From the NCBI RefSeq assembly GCF_003334305.1, contig NZ_QOWS01000014.1: a stretch of 64,000 nt of DNA. One strand, given 5' to 3'. Position 1 is the stretch's first letter; each line of letters starts with the position of its first letter. This document shows, one piece after another, positions 18,933 through 30,925 of the stretch. The notes under the pieces were generated by a model. It was given only the letters and a program-made list of their open reading frames with translations. It was not told where the DNA came from and did not search any database. Source of the stretch: Escherichia coli (GTDB taxonomy: Bacteria; Pseudomonadota; Gammaproteobacteria; Enterobacterales; Enterobacteriaceae). The translations under genes were made by a program, and so were the position numbers.

Positions 18933-19636
18933 AGGTCGCTCACATCCTTAAGCGTTACCGGGCATTCAGGCTGGACAGTTAATGGCTGCCAGGGAAGCGT
19001 GGCATAGAAACGATCGCTTCCCGCTGCCAGCTCTTCGAACATCCGACTCCCGGCGCTATCGTATTTGTACAGGGTTAGCGCCTCGCGTAGCGAAGTGTTG
19101 TCTTCGCACTGAGAAGATTGCCAGTAGAGACGTCCTAACGAATAGGCGGAAAAATAGTGCATCCAGCTGTGATAGTAATGGTGAGCTCGTACATAGACGC
19201 ACGATTGCAGCCATAAACTCTCTTCTTCCGTCAGCCAGTTGTTGAGCACACCGACCCGTGACAGAAACCCCATTCGAACATAATCCCAGGCTTTGATTCC
19301 CCCTTCTCCACAGCACATAGCGGTTTGGGCAACGAATTGGGTATAAATCAACCCTCTCTCCGAGCCACCAGCAATTAATGCTTTCCACTCTTCAGGGGAA
19401 GAGCGATGCCATGTCAGATATAAGCCAGCTAAATCATTGGCATGACCATCATCAGTCATCTGATAAATAGTCTGAATTAAATCATCACGATTATTTATTC
19501 CCCAGGATGATGAGAGATCGAATTCTTTTATCCCGGTATACATTTTTGGCGAGTCATGCGCGGGTTTGCAACCCTGATTAAGTATTTCCATGGGCGCAGA
19601 AAGCGCAAAAAGAAGATATTGTTCTTCCTTATTCAT
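18929..19636 (-). CDS. ybeU: DUF1266-family protein
   Basis: 235 aa; ATGA overlap with djlC; paralog of ybeR. Confidence 0.85.
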
Positions 19637-19736
19637 TTGTTAATAATCCCTTAAGTGCATTAACTGACTACTTTTTATTATTGATGAGTATAAACTTGAC
19701 GCTTTCAAAATAAAAAGAAAATCGAAGCATTCACAT

Positions 19737-20291
19737 ATGAATAAAAAATTAATGTATATATTCGCAATATTTATAGTTGCAGCAATTACCTGTATTAGCC
19801 AACCCAAGAAAACAACGTTGCGTGATAAAGCCATGGTGAATTATGCCTTTGATTATTTAAGCTCACCGGGCAGTCTACCGTTTACCACGGCGGCCACGGA
19901 GCTTTCCGCGATTCATGGTCACTCAACGTCGCAATATCGCCTTGGAGAATTTTATCTTCATGGTAGCGACGGTAAACCACTGGATTATACACAGGCGAGA
20001 TACTGGTATGAGCAATCAGCAGAACAGGAAAATCCGCGCGCACAAAGCAAACTGGGGTGGATCTACCTCAAAGGTCTGGGGGTCAAACCCGACACCCGTA
20101 AAGCAATTCTCTGGTATAAGGAAGCAGCTGAACAAGGGTATGCTCATGCTCAATATACTTTAGGTTTGATCTACAGAAATGGCTCAGGTATTAATGTTAA
20201 CCATTATGAATCTCAAAAATGGTTAAAACTGGCCGCCAAACAACATTACAAAAATGCGGAAAGATTACTTGCCGGGCTTCCCGCACATTAA
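19737..20291 (+). CDS. ybeT: Sel1-repeat protein with N-terminal signal/anchor
   Basis: 184 aa; N-terminal hydrophobic segment; repeated Sel1-like motifs ([30 protein letters not shown]). Confidence 0.85.
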
Positions 20292-20300
20292 CGTCGACTG

Positions 20301-21728
20301 TCAACCGAACAGATGGAGTATTTTCCCTATCAAACCAGCAAAGATAAAAATATAGAAAATAATTTTAATGATGCCCAGACAGCCTGGCCCACCATCGTCA
20401 ACGGGCATTGGCTGCGGTTGCGGCTCCGGTTCAACAGTTTGCTTCTCGGTAAAATTCGCCGCCTGAATTAATAATCGACGAATAATTAATGCTTCCAGTG
20501 GACAACGATCTTCTGCATCAAGGCGGCTCACAATCGGCATTAATGATTCTTCGGTTGGTTGGTTCGCCTGCACTAATTGTTTGGCAACTAAATATAATGG
20601 CCATAAGGGATGTTCTGTATCACGCGTGAGTGAGATCCGCGGCTTACGTCCTTTGTGCAAAACCATCTCGACCAGTGAACGCCCCAGAGCAGAGAGTTTT
20701 TCATCGCTGAGTATTTCGTATAAATGAAAACGCGTACGGGCGCTGTCGCCGGGGATATAAAGTAGCGGTTTTCCCTGATCGTTAACCAGTTCACGAGCTT
20801 CAATCATCATCACCACTAACGGGTAATAATCGACCCGATGCTGACGGCACCATTGCAATATTAAAGCATCCGCCTGGGTGGAGGGATACTCGCGCCAGTA
20901 GTCACAAAGTTCTGCCAGCAAGCTTTCGCCTTCTCCACAATAGACGCGTTGTGCGTATTCATAATAACGCGCATCTTCATTATCAGATTCAGCTTCCCGC
21001 CACGACCGGGCGTAATCCAGGAGTTCGGGAATTCCCAGGCGACCTGCGCTATACCAGCGGAGTAAATTTCTGTGCAGTTTTGCATCATCGGGGATAATCA
21101 CTGCGCGATGTTGCGCTAAATACAATGTCAGCCATTCTGGATGCGATGACCAAATCCGAGCGAACATTTGGTAAAAATCGATGGTGTCATTTTGCACGGC
21201 AACGGGCAGATGCAGAATGGTCTGGAAGTTAAAAACATTCCCCTTCGCAATGGCATATAAAAAGGATTCCAGTTCTTCTTCGTCTATTTCCCCGACGTTT
21301 TCCTCCTGCAACCACCGCAATCTTTCTGCTAATAACACCACGCACTCGAAGGATAAATGGGCAGTGTTCATGGCGATTGTGCACAGCGACCAGCGTAATT
21401 CATCAATCTCTTCCATCGAGCAATAATTTAATTGCTGAATGAATCGCTGCCAGGCGGAGGGCAGAAAACGTTCGCTATCAGAGGCAAGTAACGCACGAAA
21501 GGCGAGCAGAATTTCATGTTCTGCTACCTCATATTCTTCTGGTTGCCAAACAGATTTAGCAGGCGACTGCGCAATCCGTAGCGCCTCCTCATACGCCTGA
21601 CGAAGTTGTTTAAAACCCTGCGGATCGGTTTCTGGATGAAAGGACGGTAACAGCGCCAGATAAGCGCGGCGGATAATATCGACGTCAGTCGTTTCCTCTA
21701 TTTCGAGAATCTTCCAGCAATTTTTCAT
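20301..21728 (-). CDS. djlB: J-domain-like membrane-anchored protein
   Basis: 475 aa; N-terminus [39 protein letters not shown] closely matches djlC; C-terminal hydrophobic tail. Confidence 0.9.
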   Translation of the reverse strand: MKNCWKILEIEETTDVDIIRRAYLALLPSFHPETDPQGFKQLRQAYEEALRIAQSPAKSVWQPEEYEVAEHEILLAFRALLASDSERFLPSAWQRFIQQLNYCSMEEIDELRWSLCTIAMNTAHLSFECVVLLAERLRWLQEENVGEIDEEELESFLYAIAKGNVFNFQTILHLPVAVQNDTIDFYQMFARIWSSHPEWLTLYLAQHRAVIIPDDAKLHRNLLRWYSAGRLGIPELLDYARSWREAESDNEDARYYEYAQRVYCGEGESLLAELCDYWREYPSTQADALILQWCRQHRVDYYPLVVMMIEARELVNDQGKPLLYIPGDSARTRFHLYEILSDEKLSALGRSLVEMVLHKGRKPRISLTRDTEHPLWPLYLVAKQLVQANQPTEESLMPIVSRLDAEDRCPLEALIIRRLLIQAANFTEKQTVEPEPQPQPMPVDDGGPGCLGIIKIIFYIFIFAGLIGKILHLFG

Positions 21729-22432
21729 AGGTCGCTCATATCCTTAAGCGTTTCCGGGCATGCAGAATAGTAAGCCAATGGTTGCCAGGACAAGGTAGGG
21801 TAATACGCATCATCACTGGCAAATAATTGATAAAACATATCATTGCCGGAATCGTCGTATTCTTTACGCGCTAAGAATTCGCGTAATAACTGCAGATGAT
21901 CATCTTCGGGAGACTGCCAATATTGCCGACCAAAGGTATAACCGGCAAAGTATTGCCGCCAGTTACGATAATAACGTAGAGCCCGTAGATGAATGCGCGA
22001 CTGGATCCATAGACTTTCTTCTTCGCTCAACCAGTTATTAAGTACGCCCATTCGGCTTAAAAAACCCATCCGGACATAATCCCAGGCTTTAATTCCTCCC
22101 TCACCACAGCATTCGGCGGTGCTGGCGACAAATTGCGCATAAGCCTGACCTTGCTCATTTAGTTCAGCAAGATAGTCACGCCATTCACATGGCGAATAAC
22201 GAAACCAGCGGTGATAAAACCCTGCCAACCGAGCGGCATGACCGTTATCGATCATTCGGTGAATTGTGCGCAGCAGGTCATCACGGGCATCAATTCCCCA
22301 GGAGGAAGAAAGGTCAAAAAAGCATGTACCTAAATACATTTTGGGTGATGAATGCGAAGGTAAACAGCATTCATTGCGTATTTCCATCGGAGTGGAAAGT
22401 GCAAACAATATTTTTTGCGACTCCATGTCCAT
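21725..22432 (-). CDS. ybeR: DUF1266-family protein
   Basis: 235 aa; ATGA overlap with djlB; shares the block [20 protein letters not shown] with ybeU. Confidence 0.85.
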   Translation of the reverse strand: MDMESQKILFALSTPMEIRNECCLPSHSSPKMYLGTCFFDLSSSWGIDARDDLLRTIHRMIDNGHAARLAGFYHRWFRYSPCEWRDYLAELNEQGQAYAQFVASTAECCGEGGIKAWDYVRMGFLSRMGVLNNWLSEEESLWIQSRIHLRALRYYRNWRQYFAGYTFGRQYWQSPEDDHLQLLREFLARKEYDDSGNDMFYQLFASDDAYYPTLSWQPLAYYSACPETLKDMSDL

Positions 22433-22595
22433 ATAATTTATCCTTAAATATTCATTAAATGAATATTAGCCGCATTGCGAGGCTCGTTTATTTATACTTT
22501 TCTGACGCGACATAATACGCATAAAATAAGGCTTACGCAAAAATGGAACACATAAAAATATAATATGTTTTATCTGCAACCATAAGGAAATGATA

Positions 22596-23573
22596 ATGAT
22601 TTTCACGTCAAGTTGCTGCGATAATTTATCAATAGATGAGATTATCGAACGTGCTGAAAAAGGCGATTGCGAGGCTCAATATATTGTTGGGTTTTATTAT
22701 AATCGCGATAGCGCAATTGATTCTCCGGACGACGAAAAAGCCTTTTACTGGCTGAAGCTGTCCGCTGAGCAAGGTCATTGTGAAGCACAGTATTCCTTAG
22801 GGCAAAAGTATACCGAGGATAAAAGCCGTCATAAAGATAATGAGCAAGCCATCTTCTGGCTGAAAAAAGCTGCCCTACAAGGCCATACTTTCGCTTCCAA
22901 CGCCCTTGGCTGGACACTGGATCGTGGAGAAGCCCCCAATTATAAAGAAGCGGTTGTCTGGTATCAGATAGCCGCGGAGAGCGGAATGTCTTATGCGCAA
23001 AATAATCTTGGGTGGATGTACAGAAATGGCAACGGAGTCGCAAAAGACTATGCGCTGGCATTTTTCTGGTACAAACAAGCTGCATTACAAGGCCATAGTG
23101 ACGCGCAAAACAATCTGGCCGATCTTTATGAAGACGGAAAAGGCGTTGCTCAAAACAAGACACTCGCCGCATTCTGGTATTTGAAAAGCGCACAGCAGGG
23201 TAATCGGCACGCCCAGTTTCAAATTGCATGGGATTATAACGCTGGCGAAGGGGTGGACCAGGACTATAAGCAAGCGATGTACTGGTATCTGAAGGCTGCC
23301 GCTCAGGAAAGCGTCGGCGCTTACGTCAACATCGGTTATATGTATAAACACGGACAAGGCGTTGAGAAAGATTATCAGGCTGCCTTTGAATGGTTTACGA
23401 AAGCCGCTGAATGCAATGACGCCACTGCCTGGTATAACCTGGCCATTATGTATCACTACGGAGAAGGAAGACCTGTCGATCTCCGACAGGCTCTCGACCT
23501 GTATCGTAAAGTTCAGTCATCCGGAACCAGAGATGTCAGTCAGGAAATTCGTGAGACTGAAGATTTACTGTAG
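22596..23573 (+). CDS. ybeQ: Sel1-repeat protein
   Basis: Multiple Sel1-like repeats; the ATG at 22596 has better Shine-Dalgarno spacing (325 aa) than the first ATG at 22590. Confidence 0.85.
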   Translation: MIFTSSCCDNLSIDEIIERAEKGDCEAQYIVGFYYNRDSAIDSPDDEKAFYWLKLSAEQGHCEAQYSLGQKYTEDKSRHKDNEQAIFWLKKAALQGHTFASNALGWTLDRGEAPNYKEAVVWYQIAAESGMSYAQNNLGWMYRNGNGVAKDYALAFFWYKQAALQGHSDAQNNLADLYEDGKGVAQNKTLAAFWYLKSAQQGNRHAQFQIAWDYNAGEGVDQDYKQAMYWYLKAAAQESVGAYVNIGYMYKHGQGVEKDYQAAFEWFTKAAECNDATAWYNLAIMYHYGEGRPVDLRQALDLYRKVQSSGTRDVSQEIRETEDLL

Positions 23574-23642
23574 AGATAAAAACAAGGGCCGGGGAATTTC
23601 ATTCGGCCCATATTCTCTTTATTGCTGTGCGAAATCAGACTA

Positions 23643-24125
23643 TTACGGCTCAAACGGGCGTCTCTGGAACTGGTCATGACCACATTTCGGGCATAGCGTC
23701 AGCACTTCCGGTGTGTAGATCGGGAGATGGAAGTGACATTTCTCGCAGACCAGATTTCCCAGCCCGACCACTTCTCCGCTGTGATAAACCCCATGATGAT
23801 TGAGGTCCTGGAAAACTTCGCGCCATTCAAGCTGCGTTTTATCGGTGATATCTGCCAGCTCCTGCCATAAGCTTTCTTTAATCACCCGCATAAAGACGCT
23901 GTCAGATTCTTCTTTCAGGCTCTCTTCATAGCTCATGGCGAACTCTTCCAGGTCACGTCTTACAGCTCGCGTCAGCTCATCGACCTCGGTTCGCGTTAAC
24001 TCCCCTGTTTTTATTACGCGCTCGCGCGCCTGTTCCACCAGTGCGTCGATATCACGTTCGCCATTGCGCAGGCGTTCGCTCAGTGACGCGACCAGTTCAC
24101 GGTAATATTGAGCAACCTTGTTCAT
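23643..24125 (-). CDS. ybeL: DUF1451 protein with C-terminal Cys-x2-Cys ... Cys-x2-Cys zinc-ribbon-like motif
   Basis: 160 aa; CEKCHFHLP...CPKCGHDQF near the C-terminus. Confidence 0.85.
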   Translation of the reverse strand: MNKVAQYYRELVASLSERLRNGERDIDALVEQARERVIKTGELTRTEVDELTRAVRRDLEEFAMSYEESLKEESDSVFMRVIKESLWQELADITDKTQLEWREVFQDLNHHGVYHSGEVVGLGNLVCEKCHFHLPIYTPEVLTLCPKCGHDQFQRRPFEP

Positions 24126-24359
24126 CGTTTCATCTCCCGGGTCGTTAACTGACTATAATAATAGACGTTCTTTGTTCCTTGCTTTGCTAATACGCCCACA
24201 AACTCTGTAAATTAATGTATGAATAATCCGGGCATCATTTCAACGTCGAGTGCGCGAAAGGCTGTTTTGACGCGGACGTTTGGGCTATGCTATGCGGATC
24301 TGAAAAACCACCTCAACGCTACATTTGTAGCCGTATTGAAAACAGGACCACTGGCTGCC

Positions 24360-26942
24360 ATGCAAGAGCAATACCGCCCGGAAGAGATAGAATCCAAAGT
24401 ACAGCTTCATTGGGATGAGAAGCGCACATTTGAAGTAACCGAAGACGAGAGCAAAGAGAAGTATTACTGCCTGTCTATGCTTCCCTATCCTTCTGGTCGA
24501 CTACACATGGGCCACGTACGTAACTACACCATCGGTGACGTGATCGCCCGCTACCAGCGTATGCTGGGCAAAAACGTCCTGCAGCCGATCGGCTGGGACG
24601 CGTTTGGTCTGCCTGCGGAAGGCGCGGCGGTGAAAAACAACACCGCTCCGGCACCGTGGACGTACGACAACATCGCGTATATGAAAAACCAGCTCAAAAT
24701 GCTGGGCTTTGGTTATGACTGGAGCCGCGAGCTGGCAACCTGTACGCCGGAATACTACCGTTGGGAACAGAAATTCTTCACCGAGCTGTATAAAAAAGGC
24801 CTGGTATATAAGAAGACTTCTGCGGTCAACTGGTGCCCGAACGACCAGACCGTACTGGCGAACGAACAAGTTATCGACGGCTGCTGCTGGCGCTGCGATA
24901 CCAAAGTTGAACGTAAAGAGATCCCGCAGTGGTTTATCAAAATCACTGCTTACGCTGACGAGCTGCTCAACGATCTGGATAAACTGGATCACTGGCCAGA
25001 CACCGTTAAAACCATGCAGCGTAACTGGATCGGTCGTTCCGAAGGCGTGGAGATCACCTTCAACGTTAACGACTATGACAACACGCTGACCGTTTACACT
25101 ACCCGCCCGGACACCTTTATGGGTTGTACCTACCTGGCGGTAGCTGCGGGTCATCCGCTGGCGCAGAAAGCGGCGGAAAATAATCCTGAACTGGCGGCCT
25201 TTATTGACGAATGCCGTAACACCAAAGTTGCCGAAGCTGAAATGGCGACGATGGAGAAAAAAGGCGTCGATACTGGCTTTAAAGCGGTTCACCCATTAAC
25301 GGGCGAAGAAATTCCCGTTTGGGCAGCAAACTTCGTATTGATGGAGTACGGCACGGGCGCAGTTATGGCGGTTCCGGGTCACGACCAGCGCGACTACGAG
25401 TTTGCCTCTAAATACGGCCTGAACATCAAACCGGTTATCCTGGCAGCTGACGGCTCTGAGCCAGATCTTTCTCAGCAAGCCCTGACTGAAAAAGGCGTGC
25501 TGTTCAACTCTGGCGAGTTCAACGGTCTTGACCATGAAGCGGCCTTCAACGCCATCGCCGATAAACTGACTGCGATGGGCGTTGGCGAGCGTAAAGTGAA
25601 CTACCGCCTGCGCGACTGGGGTGTTTCCCGTCAGCGTTACTGGGGCGCGCCGATTCCGATGGTGACGCTGGAAGACGGTACCGTAATGCCGACCCCGGAC
25701 GACCAGCTGCCGGTGATCCTGCCGGAAGATGTGGTAATGGACGGCATTACCAGCCCGATTAAAGCAGATCCGGAGTGGGCGAAAACTACCGTTAACGGTA
25801 TGCCAGCACTGCGTGAAACCGACACTTTCGACACCTTTATGGAGTCCTCCTGGTACTATGCGCGCTACACTTGCCCGCAGTACAAAGAAGGTATGCTGGA
25901 TTCCGAAGCGGCTAACTACTGGCTGCCGGTGGATATCTACATTGGTGGTATCGAACACGCCATTATGCACCTGCTCTACTTCCGCTTCTTCCACAAACTG
26001 ATGCGTGATGCAGGCATGGTGAACTCTGACGAACCAGCGAAACAGTTGCTGTGTCAGGGTATGGTGCTGGCAGATGCCTTCTACTATGTTGGCGAAAACG
26101 GCGAACGTAACTGGGTTTCCCCGGTTGATGCTATCGTTGAACGTGACGAGAAAGGCCGTATCGTGAAAGCGAAAGATGCGGCAGGCCATGAACTGGTTTA
26201 TACCGGCATGAGCAAAATGTCCAAGTCGAAGAACAACGGTATCGACCCGCAGGTGATGGTTGAACGTTACGGCGCGGACACCGTTCGTCTGTTTATGATG
26301 TTTGCTTCTCCGGCTGATATGACTCTCGAATGGCAGGAATCCGGTGTGGAAGGGGCTAACCGCTTCCTGAAACGTGTCTGGAAACTGGTTTACGAGCACA
26401 CAGCAAAAGGTGATGTTGCGGCACTGAACGTTGATGCGCTGACTGAAGATCAGAAAGCGCTGCGTCGCGATGTGCATAAAACGATCGCTAAAGTGACCGA
26501 TGATATCGGCCGTCGTCAGACCTTCAACACCGCAATTGCGGCGATTATGGAGCTGATGAACAAACTGGCGAAAGCACCAACCGATGGCGAGCAGGATCGC
26601 GCTCTGATGCAGGAAGCGCTGCTGGCCGTTGTCCGTATGCTTAACCCGTTCACCCCGCACATCTGCTTCACGCTGTGGCAGGAACTGAAAGGCGAAGGCG
26701 ATATCGACAACGCGCCGTGGCCGGTTGCTGACGAAAAAGCGATGGTGGAAGACTCCACGCTGGTCGTGGTGCAGGTTAACGGTAAAGTCCGTGCCAAAAT
26801 CACCGTTCCGGTGGACGCAACGGAAGAACAGGTTCGCGAACGTGCTGGCCAGGAACATCTGGTAGCAAAATATCTTGATGGCGTTACTGTACGTAAAGTG
26901 ATTTACGTACCAGGTAAACTCCTCAATCTGGTCGTTGGCTAA
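24360..26942 (+). CDS. leuS: Leucyl-tRNA synthetase
   Basis: Internal ATG at 24360 gives [15 protein letters not shown], 860 aa; class I HMGH and KMSKS motifs present. Confidence 0.95.
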   Translation: MQEQYRPEEIESKVQLHWDEKRTFEVTEDESKEKYYCLSMLPYPSGRLHMGHVRNYTIGDVIARYQRMLGKNVLQPIGWDAFGLPAEGAAVKNNTAPAPWTYDNIAYMKNQLKMLGFGYDWSRELATCTPEYYRWEQKFFTELYKKGLVYKKTSAVNWCPNDQTVLANEQVIDGCCWRCDTKVERKEIPQWFIKITAYADELLNDLDKLDHWPDTVKTMQRNWIGRSEGVEITFNVNDYDNTLTVYTTRPDTFMGCTYLAVAAGHPLAQKAAENNPELAAFIDECRNTKVAEAEMATMEKKGVDTGFKAVHPLTGEEIPVWAANFVLMEYGTGAVMAVPGHDQRDYEFASKYGLNIKPVILAADGSEPDLSQQALTEKGVLFNSGEFNGLDHEAAFNAIADKLTAMGVGERKVNYRLRDWGVSRQRYWGAPIPMVTLEDGTVMPTPDDQLPVILPEDVVMDGITSPIKADPEWAKTTVNGMPALRETDTFDTFMESSWYYARYTCPQYKEGMLDSEAANYWLPVDIYIGGIEHAIMHLLYFRFFHKLMRDAGMVNSDEPAKQLLCQGMVLADAFYYVGENGERNWVSPVDAIVERDEKGRIVKAKDAAGHELVYTGMSKMSKSKNNGIDPQVMVERYGADTVRLFMMFASPADMTLEWQESGVEGANRFLKRVWKLVYEHTAKGDVAALNVDALTEDQKALRRDVHKTIAKVTDDIGRRQTFNTAIAAIMELMNKLAKAPTDGEQDRALMQEALLAVVRMLNPFTPHICFTLWQELKGEGDIDNAPWPVADEKAMVEDSTLVVVQVNGKVRAKITVPVDATEEQVRERAGQEHLVAKYLDGVTVRKVIYVPGKLLNLVVG

Positions 26943-26956
26943 GCGCGGGAGGAAGC

Positions 26957-27538
26957 GTGCGATATCTGGCAACATTGTTGTTATCTCTGGCGGTGTTAAT
27001 CACCGCCGGGTGTGGCTGGCATCTGCGTGATACCACGCAGGTTCCTTCCACTATGAAGGTCATGATCCTGGACTCAGGCGATCCGAACGGGCCATTAAGC
27101 CGTGCGGTGCGTAACCAGTTACGTCTGAATGGTGTCGAGTTGCTTGATAAAGAAACCACGCGTAAGGACGTTCCATCCTTGCGTTTGGGTAAAGTGAGCA
27201 TCGCGAAAGATACCGCATCGGTATTCCGTAACGGTCAAACAGCAGAGTATCAGATGATCATGACGGTTAATGCGACCGTGTTGATCCCCGGCCGTGATAT
27301 CTACCCGATTAGCGCCAAAGTCTTCCGTTCGTTCTTCGATAACCCGCAAATGGCGTTAGCGAAAGATAACGAACAAGACATGATCGTAAAAGAGATGTAC
27401 GACCGTGCTGCCGAACAGCTGATTCGTAAGCTGCCAAGCATCCGTGCTGCGGATATTCGTTCCGACGAAGAACAGACGTCGACCACAACGGATACTCCGG
27501 CAACGCCTGCACGCGTCTCCACCACGCTGGGTAACTGA
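26957..27538 (+). CDS. lptE: LPS assembly lipoprotein LptE
   Basis: GTG start at 26957; lipobox LITAGC; 193 aa. Confidence 0.9.
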
Positions 27539-28569
27539 TGATTCGGTTGTACCCGGAACAACTCCGCGCGCAGCTCAATGAAGGGCTGCGCGCGGCGTAT
27601 CTTTTACTTGGTAACGATCCTCTGTTATTGCAGGAAAGCCAGGACGCTGTTCGTCAGGTAGCTGCGGCACAAGGATTCGAAGAACACCACACTTTTTCCA
27701 TTGATCCCAACACTGACTGGAATGCGATCTTTTCGTTATGCCAGGCCATGAGTCTGTTTGCCAGTCGACAAACGCTATTGCTGTTGTTACCAGAAAACGG
27801 ACCGAATGCGGCGATCAATGAACAACTTCTCACACTCACCGGACTTCTGCATGACGACCTGCTGTTGATCGTCCGCGGTAATAAATTAAGCAAAGCGCAA
27901 GAAAATTCCGCCTGGTTTACTGCGCTTGCGAATCGCAGCGTGCAGGTGACCTGTCAGACACCGGAGCAGGCTCAGCTTCCCCGCTGGGTTGCTGCGCGCG
28001 CAAAACAGCTCAACTTAGAACTGGATGACGCTGCAAATCAGGTGCTCTGCTACTGTTATGAAGGTAACCTGCTGGCGCTGGCTCAGGCACTGGAGCGTTT
28101 ATCGCTGCTCTGGCCAGACGGCAAATTGACATTACCGCGCGTTGAACAGGCGGTGAATGATGCCGCGCATTTCACCCCTTTTCATTGGGTTGATGCTTTG
28201 TTGATGGGAAAAAGTAAGCGCGCGTTGCATATTCTTCAGCAACTGCGTCTGGAAGGCAGCGAACCGGTTATTTTGTTGCGCACATTACAACGTGAACTGT
28301 TGTTACTGGTTAACCTGAAACGCCAGTCTGCCCATACGCCACTGCGTGCGTTGTTTGATAAGCATCGGGTATGGCAGAACCGCCGGGGCATGATGGGCGA
28401 GGCGTTAAATCGCTTAAGTCAGACGCAGTTACGTCAGGCCGTGCAACTCCTGACACGAACGGAACTCACCCTCAAACAAGATTACGGTCAGTCAGTGTGG
28501 GCAGAGCTGGAAGGGTTATCTCTTCTGTTGTGCCATAAACCCCTGGCGGACGTATTTATCGACGGTTGA
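27538..28569 (+). CDS. holA: DNA polymerase III delta subunit
   Basis: 343 aa; start overlaps the lptE stop (TGATG). Confidence 0.95.
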
Positions 28570-28570
28570 T

Positions 28571-29212
28571 ATGAAATCTTTACAGGCTCTGTTTGGCGGC
28601 ACCTTTGATCCGGTGCACTATGGTCATCTTAAACCCGTGGAAACGCTGGCGAATTTGATTGGTCTGACGCGGGTCACAATCATCCCTAATAATGTTCCTC
28701 CGCATCGTCCCCAGCCGGAAGCGAACAGCGTGCAGCGTAAACACATGCTTGAACTGGCGATTGCCGACAAGCCATTATTTACTCTTGATGAACGCGAGCT
28801 AAAGCGCAATGCCCCCTCTTACACTGCGCAAACACTGAAAGAGTGGCGGCAGGAACAAGGGCCGGACGTGCCGCTGGCGTTTATTATTGGTCAGGATTCA
28901 TTGCTGACCTTTCCGACCTGGTACGAATACGAAACGATACTCGACAATGCACATTTGATCGTCTGTCGGCGTCCAGGTTACCCACTTGAAATGGCGCAAC
29001 CGCAATACCAGCAATGGCTGGAAGATCATTTGACACATAACCCGGAAGATCTTCACCTTCAGCCTGCCGGTAAAATTTATCTGGCTGAAACGCCGTGGTT
29101 TAACATCTCGGCGACCATCATCCGCGAACGTTTGCAAAACGGTGAATCGTGTGAGGATTTATTGCCGGAACCGGTACTGACTTACATTAACCAACAAGGC
29201 TTGTATCGCTGA
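28571..29212 (+). CDS. nadD: Nicotinate-mononucleotide adenylyltransferase
   Basis: 213 aa; [11 protein letters not shown] nucleotidyltransferase motif. Confidence 0.95.
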
Positions 29213-29235
29213 TACCTGTCGTTACGGAGGGCATG

Positions 29236-29847
29236 ATGCGACTGTGGTTAATTCGTCATGGTGAAACGCAAGCGAATATCGATGGTCTTTACAGCGGTCA
29301 TGCGCCCACCCCCCTGACCGCGCGCGGTATTGAGCAAGCGCAAAATCTGCATACACTGCTAGATGATGTTTCCTTTGACCTGGTTTTATGCAGTGAACTG
29401 GAACGGGCACAGCATACCGCGCGACGGGTTCTCAGTGACCGCCAGCTCCCCGTGCAAATCATCCCTGAACTCAACGAAATGTTTTTTGGCGACTGGGAGA
29501 TGCGACATCATCGCGACCTCATGCAAGAAGATGCCGAAAACTATAGCGCGTGGTGCAATGACTGGCAGCATGCTATCCCCACGAACGGTGAAGGATTTCA
29601 GGCATTTTCGCAACGTGTGGAAAGATTTATCGCAAGGCTTAGTGAATATCAGCACTATCAGAATATTTTAATCGTCAGCCATCAGGGCGTACTGAGTCTG
29701 TTAATTGCTCGTCTAATTGGCATGCCTGCCGAATCTATGTGGCATTTTCGCGTTGACCAGGGGTGTTGGAGCGCCATTGATATCAACCAAAAATTCGCGA
29801 CGCTACGCGTCCTCAATAGCCGTGCCATCGGGGTCGAGAATGCATGA
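29236..29847 (+). CDS. cobC: Alpha-ribazole phosphatase (histidine phosphatase family)
   Basis: RHGET motif; the ATG at 29236 has better spacing from GGAGG than 29233. Confidence 0.85.
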   Translation: MRLWLIRHGETQANIDGLYSGHAPTPLTARGIEQAQNLHTLLDDVSFDLVLCSELERAQHTARRVLSDRQLPVQIIPELNEMFFGDWEMRHHRDLMQEDAENYSAWCNDWQHAIPTNGEGFQAFSQRVERFIARLSEYQHYQNILIVSHQGVLSLLIARLIGMPAESMWHFRVDQGCWSAIDINQKFATLRVLNSRAIGVENA

Positions 29848-30088
29848 CTTTTCTGTTTTTTTACGGGTAAGCCGCAACGACCATTGACAGCCCCGGGCAG
29901 GCTGATATTCTCCGCAGCCAGACTTTTTCCGCCAGACACGACTTTGTAGAAATTGTTTTACAAAAATGGCGATGCAATCTGCGGCGCGGGGTGGGATGAT
30001 AGCCCACTTTCGAAAGCCGATTCGGCGACAATTGTCCCGAAATCGCCTCTGGTTCAGGTATACTGACAGACCATTTTTATCTATTTGA

Positions 30089-30424
<336 letters not shown>

Positions 30425-30427
30425 TGC

Positions 30428-30895
30428 GTGAAGCTGCAACTTGTCGCCGTGGGAACGAAAATGCCGGACTGGGTACAAACCGGTTTTACCGAGTACCTGC
30501 GTCGTTTTCCGAAAGATATGCCCTTCGAGCTGATTGAAATTCCGGCCGGAAAACGCGGCAAGAATGCGGACATCAAGCGCATACTCGACAAAGAGGGTGA
30601 GCAGATGTTGGCGGCCGCAGGCAAAAACCGCATTGTCACCCTCGATATTCCAGGCAAGCCCTGGGATACGCCGCAGTTAGCCGCTGAGCTGGAACGCTGG
30701 AAGCTGGATGGTCGCGACGTCAGTCTACTGATTGGCGGGCCTGAAGGGTTGTCGCCTGCCTGTAAAGCGGCGGCGGAGCAGAGCTGGTCGCTGTCGGCGC
30801 TTACCCTCCCCCATCCGCTGGTTCGCGTGCTGGTCGCAGAGAGTCTGTACCGGGCGTGGAGCATCACCACCAACCATCCTTATCACCGTGAGTGA
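30428..30895 (+). CDS. rlmH: 23S rRNA (pseudouridine1915-N3) methyltransferase
   Basis: 155 aa; GTG start at 30428. Confidence 0.9.
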
Positions 30896-30925
30896 TAAGG
30901 GAGCTTTGAGTAGAAAACGCAGCGG

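Noticed and set aside
25296-26975. 559-aa ORF on the minus strand
   Set aside because: Entirely antisense to leuS, which is confidently identified; long antisense ORFs are expected by chance in GC-balanced coding DNA and there is no start context.
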